Counted from the first letter of the stretch, positions 1 to 13,880 are shown. The stretch is 64,000 nt of DNA from Octopus vulgaris (GCA_951406725.2 OX597834.1:39618001-39682000); one strand, 5' to 3'. Program-made: numbers and translations. Notes: generated by a model from the sequence alone, not told the origin.

Positions 1-338
1 TGAAATATGGAATGAAAATTAATGTTAAAGAAAGAGATAGAAAATTAAAAAAAAAAATTTGTAAGAAAAAAATTTACAATGAAATAAAAGAAAGAGAGAC
101 AAAGGAAGTGTCTATAAGCTATTTGTATATCTGCTCTATGATAGCAAATGGCTGCTGTTGCAAGCAAGCTAGAGTGAAAGGAAAGGTTGAGTGTGAACAG
201 AGTGGATATAAATGGTGCTTCATTTGTGACTAGCATCGAAGAACACAGACTACAACACTTTGTCAACAACTACAGACACGCACGAACACACACATGTATA
301 AATATGCATTTCACACATAATACAAATGGATTTTATAC

Positions 339-382
<44 letters not shown>

Positions 383-584
383 AACACTGACTATTACCGA
401 CTAAGCAAACAAGTTCATCTGTCTCTAACATCAGTTGTACCTTTTATATATATAAAGTATATATATATATGTATATATATATATATACTTTATATATATA
501 AAAGGTACAAAATGTGACCGCGTGTGTACCGCTGGCAATTTTTTTCCCTCCGTCTTCCTTTCTCTGGATCTTTCCTTTTCCTAT

Positions 585-619
585 GTTTCTGATGAAGAGC
601 TCCGCTTGAAACGTAAAAC
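585..619 (+). ncRNA. Minimal hammerhead ribozyme motif in a Penelope-like remnant (~515-710)
   Basis: GTTT-CTGATGA-A-GAGC tcc GCTT-GAAA-CGTA-AAAC. Confidence 0.62.
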
Positions 620-717
620 CCTCCTTCTTCCCTTCCTTCCTGAGCGTCCAATAATACTATATTTGTTCGACATCCTTGCATTGTTGTGTTTTCATGTTTG
701 GATTAACTTTATATATG

Positions 718-767
<50 letters not shown>

Positions 768-813
768 AAGTATATATATATATTTTAAGGTATATATATA
801 TATATATTTAAAG

Positions 814-845
<32 letters not shown>

Positions 846-864
846 AAGTATATATATATATATA

Positions 865-2540
<1,676 letters not shown>

Positions 2541-2807
2541 ACATATATATATATATATATATATCCTTATATATCCATATATATACATAAACATCCATAT
2601 ATATACATAAATATATATATATATATATATATATAACATAAGGGATAAAGCCATGAATATATATATGTTACTGTTGCATTGCCAGGCGAACATCGACGTC
2701 ACCAGAAAGGCTAGACACCGTCAACGTACACCCTGCCTGTCCCTAATATTCAGATTAGTCCCTTATGTTATCGAGCAGTTACTGTCTATATCTCTTTTAG
2801 AGAATTA

Positions 2808-2852
<45 letters not shown>

Positions 2853-2976
2853 TAATAAATATTAGGGAATAAATCCAAACTTACAGGGAAAAATCAGATT
2901 TAGGATTGAATCCAATTTTATAGTAAAATATTATATTATATTATATTAAATTAGAGACAAAATTGTCTCTAATTTA

Positions 2977-3020
<44 letters not shown>

Positions 3021-3641
3021 TATATAGCTTCTGTGTATCATGTTCAATGTATATATGTTGATGATAGGCTAGTTGCTTTGACATTTGTCCTTAAATTACA
3101 TATCTTATGGATGTGCAATGTTATCTCGGGACAAATACTGCAGTAACTGGCCTATCAACTGTGTATATACATTAAGTATACATAACTATAAAGCATCACA
3201 TATTCCAAACATGTTACCAGGATGTTGCACTCACACTCATACTTACACTCACACTCATTATACTAGAGCACAACTAAAGGCAGACTTAGAATATATAGTT
3301 TCCATCAAAACATTTCTACCACGAAGTTAAAAAAAAAAACAATAAATAACAACAGTGACACTACAAATTAAACCAAAAAATAAAACCCTTAAAACCAACA
3401 AGTTCCAGGGGGAGACAATCAGCAAAAAAAAAAAAAAAACGAGAAAAAGGCAGCAGGTAGGACTATGTAAGGTTTAAGGAAAGGGAGTGGGGGGAGAGAA
3501 AAATGCAACAAAGAAAACAGACATTGTGATATGAGACTGTTGCAAGCTGGATGGGTGACTGGACAGGAAATGACCACAATAAAAGGGAGTTAATCCATTT
3601 ACTACAAGGAATAGCAGTTGGCTTCTAGAAATATATATATA

Positions 3642-3675
<34 letters not shown>

Positions 3676-3747
3676 AAATAAAATATATTTTCTTCAACAC
3701 AAAGACAGACAAAATGAAGCCCAATCTGAGTTGAAAATTCGCCTTAC

Positions 3748-3780
3748 CTCAGGGTCTGATTCTGAACCATCAATGTCAGT
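3748..3780 (-). CDS. Probable 33-nt microexon (TDIDGSESDPE) of the same gene
   Basis: ttttaactccag acceptor and GAG|GTAAGG donor. Phase 0/0, no stop, unique sequence. Confidence 0.6.
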
Positions 3781-4327
3781 CTGGAGTTAAAATCAATTGG
3801 ATATATATATATGTATTTTTAGAGTTTTGTTTTTTTTCTCTTATGAGAATAGCATGTTTGTAAAGCTACGTATGGTGTTGCATGTGCTACACATCTTAAA
3901 ACGTAATGCAGTTTATTTACTTATCGCATACACATGTATCTATATAGTTCCATATATACACTTACGTATATACATACACGAATGTATGCACATACATATA
4001 TACATACGTCTATATATACAAATATATATATATACACATAGACATGCACGAATGTACATGTAGACATACATATATACACATATCTAGCCTATATAGTAAA
4101 TATATAGCCAGGGCTAATTTAGTGATTTCTCTGTAGATTGAAAAAAATGATGAACAACCTTAAATGATTTTCAGATCTTATTGAATTCTCATCAGTGACA
4201 TCTCCATCAATTTGACCAATCCCAGAGAAACAAGCAACCACTCTGTTTATATACTCAACAATTACAATAGGTATAGAAACCTGGAGCTACTACTTTGCAT
4301 ACAGTAAGTGTTAACAGTACATATATA

Positions 4328-4375
<48 letters not shown>

Positions 4376-4389
4376 TAGAGTAACATATA

Positions 4390-4425
<36 letters not shown>

Positions 4426-4694
4426 ACTCTACAATTTATATACGTTATTATTATTTTTTTTTTTTGCAATTTACTTAATCTTTGACATTTTATTGTTATT
4501 TTAATGTTAATATTTCTATTATATGTAATTTTCTAGATGGTGTAATTTAATCGTTCATTTTGAATTGATAAAAAGGTGGTTTTTTTCCTAATTTTTTATA
4601 TATATACACATACACACACACACACACGTATACATATTTGTGAGAAATAGAATTTGAAGCTAAAACTATGAACCAATCCTCAACACATATTAAA

Positions 4695-4708
4695 CCACCA
4701 GAGGGCGA
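4695..4708 (+). promoter_or_regulatory. CTCF-like core motif CCACCAGAGGGCGA
   Basis: Close match to the CTCF core consensus, in an AT-rich background. Confidence 0.35.
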
Positions 4709-4950
4709 TAGAATTTCTTTTAAAGATTATACGTCTGTATTGCTTTGTAACTGAAGTATTCTATTGTTTCACTTTGTAAATGTATAACCGTTTATATTGC
4801 TATACACGTTTAACTATTTACATTTATACACACAGAAAACCATGTATAAAAACTATAAATATGAACTTTTGAAATATCATTAAATCTCACAAATTTGGCA
4901 TAATTTTTTTTTTTTTTTTTTTAGGAAATTTATTTTTTCATTTGTGTATT

Positions 4951-5154
4951 TTATTTATTCTTGACATGAAAATGGTTGAGAAATTTTGTTTTCTGCGAAA
5001 TGTCGTCTGAAATATCTGTTATTTGCATTGAGGGCAACAGAGCTGGCACTGAGAGGTCACAGCTCTGGTGCGACAGACATGTGATTAGAATGTCACAGGA
5101 AAGAATCGCAGAACGGAGTTCTTCAGTTTTGCCATTAAGAGGATTTGCCAAACT
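4951..5154 (-). CDS. Candidate alternative terminal exon (SLANPLNGKTEELRSAIL...HVKNK*)
   Basis: T-rich acceptor ending ttgttag. Phase-0 ORF of 67 codons in non-repeat, higher-GC sequence, with AATAAA just after the stop. Confidence 0.4.
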   Translation of the reverse strand, partial: SLANPLNGKTEELRSAILSCDILITCLSHQSCDLSVPALLPSMQITDISDDISQKTKFLNHFHVKNK

Positions 5155-5249
5155 CTAACAATTAAAATACATTTTTTTGATGTTCAAAATAATTAAATGA
5201 AACACTCTACATTACAATCGTTTCCCGATAGTCATTATTATTATTATTA

Positions 5250-5805
5250 TTGAGTGAGCAAGCAGCACACACCACCAAAGTGGCGTAGAAGTGAAGATAT
5301 ATGAAGCCAAATATACCCATCGTGACTACCCATTTGATAACGGTACACCAGGTACATGCATTACAACCATATACACACAACATGGTAATTTCATATCAAG
5401 ATAAACAGCACATGACCTTGCAGGTGGGGCCCAGTAAGAATTATCTTCAAGTTGAGCAGCCCATCTTGCTCAAAAGATCTCTGAGTAAGGATTGCTAAAG
5501 GATGGTGAATGAAACGCCCATTTTTCCAGGAGTGAATTATTCAAACCCCAAAGAAATCCTCTCAACATATGGCTATGATGCTCCCCCACTACTTCAGCTT
5601 GTGATCAGAGATGCACACATTGTCATCCACCAAGGGACATGGTCAACTGGTTACGGTCAAAACAACTGACATGCAAATCTGTGGTATTGAGCAGAATATT
5701 TGCTGTAGCCCACCTTTTATATCAAGACAAAACACGAACATGTTGACACTTCAATTAGTTGAGATCAGAAACCATGGCAGCCACTGCCTGGCACTGCATC
5801 AGGTC
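5250..5805 (-). mobile_element. Interspersed repeat, probably a retroelement 3' region with a (TAA)n tail
   Basis: Its first part recurs in the opposite orientation at ~21425-21620, also ending in (AAT)n, and partially at ~27890. Confidence 0.55.
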
Positions 5806-6340
5806 AATCAGTAGAAAAGCTTTAGTAACTTTATTTTTTAAAAATTAACCAAAAACTTTTTTTAAATATATAATTGACAGGTGGAGTTCATTTCCTAACT
5901 ATATGGTCCCAGCTTCAATCCCACTAGATGGCACCTTGGGTAAGTATCTTCTACTATAATATTGCATCAACCGAAACCTTGAGAATGAAATTCTATACAA
6001 GGAAACTATGTCGAAGCCAGCTAAAAGGAGAGATTGTTCTTGATGTTGGGTCATAGAATATCAATTCAATATCACCATTGTTCGATCTTTAGCAAAAATT
6101 AGAGGCGCCTTTAGTGGAGTCAACTCTAGCAAATGACAAAATATACGAGTAGGTTTCTGGTTTGAAAACAACTTCTTCTATCCTCCTACCCTTCCATCAG
6201 CCATGTACCACAGGTGCTGCCCTATTTCTTATTTAACCATTAAGAGTGCTGAGACCCCCTTTGATTATGACTGACCATGGGATTGCACCTAGAAAGTTAC
6301 CCTCCCAGGCACAAGTCCAGGCAAGGTTGTTTATGGCAGA

Positions 6341-6480
6341 CATAAATGATTTGAAGGAACGCATCACCAACTCATTTGCACACCTATCACCAGATGTGCT
6401 ATTATAAGTTCACAACGAGTGGGGTAAATGTATTGCAATGTGTATCGAAAACAATGGTAACCATATAGAGACTGTTAAAT
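6341..6480 (+). mobile_element. Tc1/mariner transposase C-terminal remnant
   Basis: Translates to INDLKERITNSFAHLSPDVLL*VHNEWGKCIAMCIENNGNHIE, a typical C-terminus, with an internal stop. Confidence 0.7.
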
Positions 6481-6859
6481 TAATTTTTAGTTTGTTTTAA
6501 GCATCTCAGCTATGGTCATGCTGGAGCACCACTTTCCAAATTGTACAGTAATTAAAGGTGGTTTACTTTGTAATTAAAGCCTGTTTTTTCTTTGTAAACA
6601 GGTCACTTAGCTACTCTGTTAGTCAAGCTACAGATTATATATAAATATGTTGTACCATTTCTAACGAATCAGACCAATGTCTAATAATGAAACAATGAAA
6701 CAAAAACTGGAAGAAAATAAAGAAATCATTTGTGTAATTATGTGTGTGATTATAATTTAAGAGAAATAACCAAGTGATAGTGGTGGTGGTGGTCATGCTG
6801 TTGTTGTCGAGTGAACTCACACTAATATTTTAATTGTGGAAACAGCATAAGAAATATTG

Positions 6860-7606
6860 TTTACTCTTACTGTACTGATGGTTTAAATGTGAATTGTTTA
6901 AACTGTACAGTTGGTTTTAAGTTCAGTGTTAACTGCATTGGTCTAAATGTGTTTACTGTCTCTATGTTAGTCTATTTTTGTTTAGTGTCACCCAGTTGGC
7001 TTAAGTGTTAACTGTTTTCGTACTGGTCTAAATACGTTTACTGTAAGGTTTGTTTTCAATGAAGTGTCATAGTGCTGGTCTAAATGTGTTTAGTGCTAGT
7101 CTAACTTTGTTAAGTGTTATTCTGTTTTTCTAAACACGTTTACTGCATTGGTCTAAATATATTTAGTGTTACTGCTATATTGGTTTAAGTGTATCTACTG
7201 CTAGTCTAAATGCATTTAGTCTCTGCTGTTTTGGTCTAAATGAAATTTGAGTCTAACATTTACTCTGCTGACCAAAACATGTTTAGTGACTACAGTATTA
7301 GTCTAACTGTATTTAGTGTTAATGTGCTAGTTTAACCATGTTTACTGTTCATTTTATGTTTTATGTTACAGTGCTGGTCTAAATGTATTTAGTGTCACCA
7401 TCTAATCCATGCCAGCATGGAAAGCGGATGTTAAACGGAAATGATGATGATGTCACCATTGGCCTAAGCATGTTAAGTATTACTGTGTTGGCTTGAATAT
7501 ATTCAGTACATCTGTGTTGGTCTAAATGTGTTTAGTGTTAGTCTAAATGTATTTGGTGGTACTGTTTTTATAAACGTATTTAGTGTTGGTCTAAACGTGT
7601 TTAGTG
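6860..7606. repeat. Diverged minisatellite with ~30-bp units (TGGTCTAAATGTGTTTAGTGTTACTG-like)
   Basis: Recurrent ggtctaaa..tgtttagtg motif, roughly 20 decayed copies. Interrupted by an RTE-tail fragment at ~7403-7452. Confidence 0.8.
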
Positions 7607-7669
7607 TATATACAAAGCTGGTGTGAATTCCAACAAAAAAAATCGATGAGGATGAAGAATGATATTTAC

Positions 7670-9244
7670 CTCTTCCCTGGTTTTCACTGGCTCAGACTTC
7701 CTATGTTGTACCGTTTGGGTGCCACTGTGGAGAGAGTGCTGCTGAGCCAGTGAGAGCCGAGCGCCAGGTTTATAAACAGAGAATTCATCTGAAACAGATG
7801 ACGTTGCCAGGTGACGATCCTTCTCGGCTCGTTTTGGCAAAGTGTTACACTGTATAACACTAGTGTCTCTATCGTTTAAAGACCTTGACGGGTCTTCGTA
7901 TCGAGCCCCAGAAAACTTCATCTCAATACCTTGAGGCAATTCACATGAAGTGTTCAATGGGCTGTTTCCTGGTTGGTTGTGTGAGCGTAAAGTCACTGAC
8001 TTTAGGCTCGGTTTTGGGCTGCAGTGTCCATATAAGGGGTTAATCCGCTGCAAGGCGGGGCCATGCTGTAAATTATCAATGTCCGTTTGCATGGGGGTGG
8101 AGTGTACTAAGCTGCGTCGATCACAAAGTGACTCACTACTTGAGCTAGAACTGGAAAGCTGAGAGAATTTTTGAATGGGATCCGTTATTTTGCGAGCGGA
8201 ATCTAAAGTCGTTATTGCCGTAATTGGTAGATTCCGCATTGGGCTGCGAGTCTGGTGCACTTGTGTGTTTACACTGACAAATGGTAATGTGCCTGAGTCA
8301 TCCGTACTGCTTAAAGAACTTGAACTTGAGGTCTGAGGAATCTTCAAGCTACTGTGTACCATTGGAGATGAAGCACCACTTGCAGCACCAGCGCCTTCCA
8401 TTGTGGATAAAGCATTTCCTGAAAGGGATATTGAAGAAGATGGCATTACGGACTGAGAGTTCCGTTGGTGTTTATACAAGGGATTAGAAAAGGAAAGTGG
8501 TTGCTGGATGGAGGAATGTTGAGTAGCGAATGACGTGGAACCCAAACTAGAAAACTGAGCAGGTAACGTTGAGCCGCTGAATTGTTCTTGAGATGCCAGT
8601 GGTAGTTCCATGGACAAGGTTGAGGGGCTGTACACCGTTGGTTGATAACCTGAAGAGGACATGAAAGAATTTTGACTAGTAGATCGTTGGGAAGAAGCTG
8701 CAAGAGAATTACTGGTATGGCTGCGATGTTGAAGATCTGAGTTGGTTTTGTCTGCAAGCGCCGTCTCGTATGGCGCATCGCTCGGGTCATCTATGAAACT
8801 AATTCTGTTATCATAACCATTAACAGCTTCTGCTGTCGTTAGAATATCGTTCCACCATTGTTTTAAGGAGTCTTTATTATTGTTAGTGTGTTTGCTGACT
8901 GATACATCGGAAATATCTCGCGTCACAGAAATATCGTTAAATGCACTGCACATATTTGCTTCGTTAGTACGTTTCCATGTGCCTGATGTCTGTTGAGTGA
9001 TTCCACCGTTGTCTGAATTCATACTGTCATCCATGTTTATTGTGTGATTGTTGTCCATGTGTAAAGTTGACTTAGACAGCTGAACTAACGAGCTCACCGA
9101 AGGGTTGCTGTTTGGTGTCGTGGCCAAATTGTCGTAAATCTGGCTCTTCCGGTTGGGTTGTTTTTTCCCAATCTTGGGATCGTTTAAGGCCTGGGTGAGT
9201 CCATTGAGAATATCAGGCAATGGATGCAGTTTTGTTATTGTAGC
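7670..9244 (-). CDS. RasGAP gene large exon (525 aa): post-GAP helix ATITKLHPLPDIL, then a Ser-rich disordered region with LSFSNPLY, ending KTREE
   Basis: AG acceptor at 9246-9245 and GAG|GTAAAT donor. Lies within the 539-aa ORF. ATITKLHPLPDIL resembles nGAP ATVAKLGPLPRVL, and PLSFSNPLY resembles DAB2IP PLSFQNPVY. Confidence 0.93.
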
Positions 9245-10209
9245 CTAAAGAAAAGAAAATAATAATTATTATTAAAATTAATTTTCAAAGCGAGTCATAT
9301 TAAAATCTTAATCAACCATCTTACTAATTAGAAATCAAATTAACAATGTTGAATTCTATGTGTATGCGTGTTTGTGTCTGTTTATAATTATTTCTCAAAG
9401 GTATTTCAAGAATTGCAAATATCTAATTAGCAAAAAAGAAACGAGATGAAAGATAAATGAAAATTTCACTGAAATTGTAAAATAAAGCATTTCTACATTA
9501 TCTTTAAAAAAATAGTTTTAAATCTAATGAAATCTTTAATTAAATTTTTAACGGACTTTTTAAAATAAAAGTAAAAAATTAAAACAACATGACTCAAGAG
9601 TAAGGTGGTCAATATTAAGAGACAATGAACTTTGACATTGCATGTTAATTAACATATTATTTAATTAAGCTATGATTGCTTAAAAAAAATCCTTTTCACA
9701 TACTGTATTCAAATGTCGGACAATAAGATGGACAAGCTGTGCACATGAATGTTGAACAGACACAGCTTGTGGTCATTGGATACAGGCTGTGAAAGTAGGT
9801 TAGATGGACAAGCTGTGGATGTAGACATTAAGTAGATCAGTGGTTCTCAACTGGGGTCCACAGGGGGTCCATATAAGATTTTGTTGTTAAAATTTATGTA
9901 CAATAAGTTGGTTTTATTTCTATGATACACAAAATATTTTCACAATTTTTTTTTCCGCTTTCCATGCTGGCATGGGTTGGAGAGTTTGACTTGAGGACTG
10001 GTGATCCAGATGGCTGCACCAGGCTCCAATCTGATATGGCAGGGTTTCTACAGCTGGATGCCCTTCCTAATGCCAACCACTCCAAGAGTGTAGTGGGTGT
10101 TTTTATGTGCCGCCGACATGAGGGCCAGTCAGGCAGTACTGGCAACGACCACACTCAAATGGTGTTTTTTACATGCCACCTGCCTCAACAAGTCTTCGCA
10201 AGCAGAGTT

Positions 10210-10868
10210 TAGTGTCCAATGAAGGAATGGTACGCATAAGTGGACTGGTTACACTCCTGGTATAGGCCATAAAGTTATATTCTCACTTGGCTTGCTGGGT
10301 CTTCTCAAGCACAGCATATTTCTAAAGGTCTTGGTCACTAGTTATTGCCTCAGTGAGGCCTAATGTTCGAAGATCTTGCTTCACCACTTCATCCCAGGTC
10401 TTCCTGGGTCTACCTCTTCTACAGGTTCCCTCAACTGCTAGGGTTTGACACTTTTTCACACAGTTATCCTCATCTATTCTCACCACATGACCATACCAGC
10501 GCAGTCATCTCTCTTGCACACCACAACTGATGCTTCTTATGCCCAACTTTTCTCTTAAGATACTTATACTCTGTCGAGTATGCACACTGACATTACACAT
10601 CCAGCGGAGCATACTGGCTGTGTTCCTTGCAAGCTTACGTATGTCCTCAGCAGTCACAGACCATGTCTAACTACCATGTAGCATGGCTGTTTGTACACAT
10701 GCGTCATACAGTCTACCTTTTACTCTGAGCGAGAGGCCCTTTGTCACCAGCAGAGATAGGAGCTATTCCTATTCTAGCAGCAAAACTTTCAGAGTACCCA
10801 CCCCCGCTACTGACTTGGTCACCTAGGTAACGGAAGCTATCAACTACTTCTAGTTTTTCTCCCTGGGT
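10210..10868 (-). mobile_element. RTE-clade LINE, 5'-truncated ORF 3' end (its 3' UTR continues to ~9950)
   Basis: Reads GEKLEVVDSFRYLG...LRWYGHVVR...RGRPRKTWDEVV with stops and frameshifts. Confidence 0.88.
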
Positions 10869-10899
10869 GGCAGAAGTTGTATATATGTATATTACTTGC

Positions 10900-11013
10900 C
10901 TCATTAGCTTTTCCTAATGTTTCTACAAGAAGAGAATGTAGAACAGAGAGTTCTTTGCCAAAATCTATAACAGCATGCTGGTTCTTTAGGAATTCATTAC
11001 CAACATCTTCACT
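10900..11013 (-). CDS. RasGAP gene exon, end of GAP domain (SEDVGNEF...IDFGKELSVLHSLLVETLGKANE), followed by a GC donor
   Basis: AG acceptor. 114 nt. ID.G.ELS.LHSLL motif. The frame joins the next exon only with the donor GAG|GCAAGT. Confidence 0.92.
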
Positions 11014-11329
11014 CTGAAAAAGATAAAGTAAATGGATAAATAGTACAGTAATTAAAGACGATAACCTGCTTAAATATGAAGCAAAGAAATGGTATGAGAA
11101 ATGATACAAGCTTCAATAGGTTCTACAATAAAGAAATGGTGTGGAATCATATCAGATTAAAAGGTACAGTACAGAATCATCATCATCATTTAACACCTGG
11201 TTTCCATCCTGGAATGGATAAGACAGTTTGACCGGAACTGGTAAGCCAGAGATCTGCATCACCAGGCACCAGTCTCCTGTTTTGGCCTGGTTTCTATGGT
11301 CGGATGCCCTTCCGAATTCCGACCACTTC

Positions 11330-11560
11330 ACAGAGTGCCATTTACATGTCACAAGCATAGGTGCCCTTTATGTTTCACCGGCACACGTGCCTCTTACCTG
11401 TCCCCAGCATGAGTGTCTCTTGCATGTCACAGGCACAGGTGCTCTTTTATGTATCACTGGCACAAGTGATTCTTATGTGTCACTGGCACACGTGCCTCTA
11501 ACGTGTCACCGGCACGAGTGCCTCTTGTGTGTCACCAGCACAGGTGCCTTTTACATGCTC
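11330..11560. repeat. ~26-bp tandem repeat amplified from a retroelement 3'-UTR segment
   Basis: About 9 copies of gtgcc(t)ttt(a)tgtgtcac(c/t)ggcac(a). Confidence 0.7.
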
Positions 11561-12242
11561 TGAGTTCAAATCTGCCAAGAGAAACTGAGCTTTCCATCCT
11601 TCTGTTGTCAATAACACAAGTACCAGTAATACACTGGTAATGTGAAAATGTATCAGAGGAATTCTATCTTTAAAATTCTCTTGAGGCTTTTGTTTACCAT
11701 TTTTCTTTTACTTGTTCCAGTCATTAGACGACAGCCATGAAGAAGTTCCAGTTGAATAAATCAACCAGTTACCCATTTTTCTTTTTAAAACCTGGTGATG
11801 TCTTGTAAAAAGCATCCAGTCCACACTGTAAAGTGGTTGGCATTTTTGGAAGGGCATCCAGCTGTATAAAACCATACCAAAACTGACCTCACCTGTGCTG
11901 GTGCCACATAAAAATCACTCAGTCCACTCTGCTGGGTGGTTGGCATTAGGAAGGGCATCCAGCCATAAAAACCCCTCCAAAACAGACACAGAAGTCTGGT
12001 GCGGGCCCCTGCCTGACCAGCTCCGGTCAAACCATCTGACCCATGCCACCATGGAAGGCGGTGATGACGATGAAGATGATGGTACCTATTCAATTGGTCT
12101 CTTTTGCCAAACTGCATCATATTATAGGCTTTCTCGATTAAGGTTGGGCTAGGGTTAAACAGCAACATAGAACACATTTCTTTCAGAGAAGCTCAAATGC
12201 GAAAAAAATAAGTAATTAAACAAATAAGAAAACAAGACTTAC

Positions 12243-12333
12243 AGAAATATCTTTTAGAAACTGTTTCATATTTTCAAATTCTTCTTCTACAAAATCATTC
12301 ATAAAGATCATGAATTCTTCTTTACCACCAAAT
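12243..12333 (-). CDS. RasGAP gene exon (FGGKEEFMIFMNDFVEEEFENMKQFLKDIS)
   Basis: AG acceptor and GTAAGT donor. 91 nt, phase 2/0. KEE.M.FMN.F motif. Confidence 0.96.
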
Positions 12334-12491
12334 CTAAAAGAAAATAAATATATATATATAAATAAAGCAACACACAAGACATTCCTTGCAGAAGTACCAA
12401 ATTTTCTTTTTGGTGTTTGGCTTGCAGGATTCTTGTATCTTGGGAGGGTCATCATGCCAATAACACACACACACTGGTTCCATTTCACTTC

Positions 12492-12530
<39 letters not shown>

Positions 12531-12812
12531 GTCAATCAGTTTAACTGATTAACTAATTGATTGTTTATTTAATCTTTCAGTTAATCATTCAATCAATCAG
12601 CTATGTTCATCAGGAGACAGGACAGACATACAGACAGACAGACAGGCAGATGCACTGATGCAGTGGGACTGAACCCAGAACCATGTAGTTGGAAACCAAA
12701 CCTCTTAACCACACATGTGCCTATTAAGGTAAACTTTGATATTAAATATAATTTAATCTCAATAAAATACAATGGAAAAGTATGAGCCTGACAAAAGAAT
12801 CTCTTCACTTAC

Positions 12813-12888
12813 TGTGTGAAATTCGCCAGCTTTTGAATGGCTTTCGCTATTAAAGTTAATGTCCTGACAGCTTTGTCTGACGGGTATT
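12813..12888 (-). CDS. RasGAP gene exon (EYPSDKAVRTLTLIAKAIQKLANFT)
   Basis: AG acceptor and GTAAGT donor. 76 nt. RTLTLIAK.IQ.LANF motif. Confidence 0.97.
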
Positions 12889-13129
12889 CTACAAGAGAAG
12901 GATGATGGAAAACAGAGATTAGAATAATTGATAACGACAGAAGAAATATTAATACAAAAAGGTAATTTGGATATCCAACTTAACATGGAGGTTGTGTAAG
13001 AATACAGAATATCACGTTATTTACTTTCGTTTCTGGTTTTTATAACAAGCAATTCTCATCAGTGAATGATATAATTATGCGTGCTTTTATGCACCACGAC
13101 TCCTTATGGGAGATTGTCTCAAGGTAAGG

Positions 13130-13465
13130 TTTCCCTTTGGTCATGAATGATCATGAGATTGCACCTAAAAATTTCCCATCCGAGGCACAAGTTTGGTCAA
13201 GGTTGTTTATTGAAGACCAGAAGTCACCCATGCAAACCAGCCTCTCCTCTCTATACCACCGATCTCATCCAAGGGAAAGGCAAAGGGGCCGATACAGCTT
13301 GGCACCAGTGACGTCACAACTCATTTCTACAGCTGTGTGAACTGGAGCAACATGAAATAAAGTGTCTTGCTCAAGAACACAACATACAGCCCGATCCAGG
13401 AATTGAACTCACTACCTCATAATTGTGAGCCTGACACTCTAACCACTGAGCCATGTCCATTCACA
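13130..13465 (-). mobile_element. tRNA-derived SINE (family with cttgagcaagacactttatt core)
   Basis: tRNA head with A/B boxes at the right end. Same family as 19823-20142 and 26950-27275. Confidence 0.8.
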
Positions 13466-13539
13466 AAGTCAAGGTAAATAACTCTGTGTTCTAACACAGC
13501 TTTCATGGTAAGTTGGAGATCAAGATTACTTCATATGTG

Positions 13540-13830
13540 AATGTGTGCACAGAACTAGAAATTAGCATTTAGGTGTGTATATAACTAGACCAGTCGTGAC
13601 CAAGATGTCGTCCGCAGGACTATCTGAATGGCACGGCATTGAAGAACTACCTTCAAATATTTTAGTAGTGCAGCCCACCTGATGATGAACCAAGTCTCAT
13701 GTGGCCCACTTTTTGAAAAAGGTTGGTCACACCTGAACTAGAAGTTAATGTGTAGATGTGTATACAACTAGAATTTAGTTTAGTGAGGTGTGTTTAACTA
13801 GAAAACAGTGTATGAGGATATATATATATA

Positions 13831-13880
<50 letters not shown>

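Noticed and set aside
7601-9220. 539-aa ORF as a standalone gene
   Set aside because: It starts at TTG inside an internal exon. The splice sites at 9244 and 7670 place it in the RasGAP gene.
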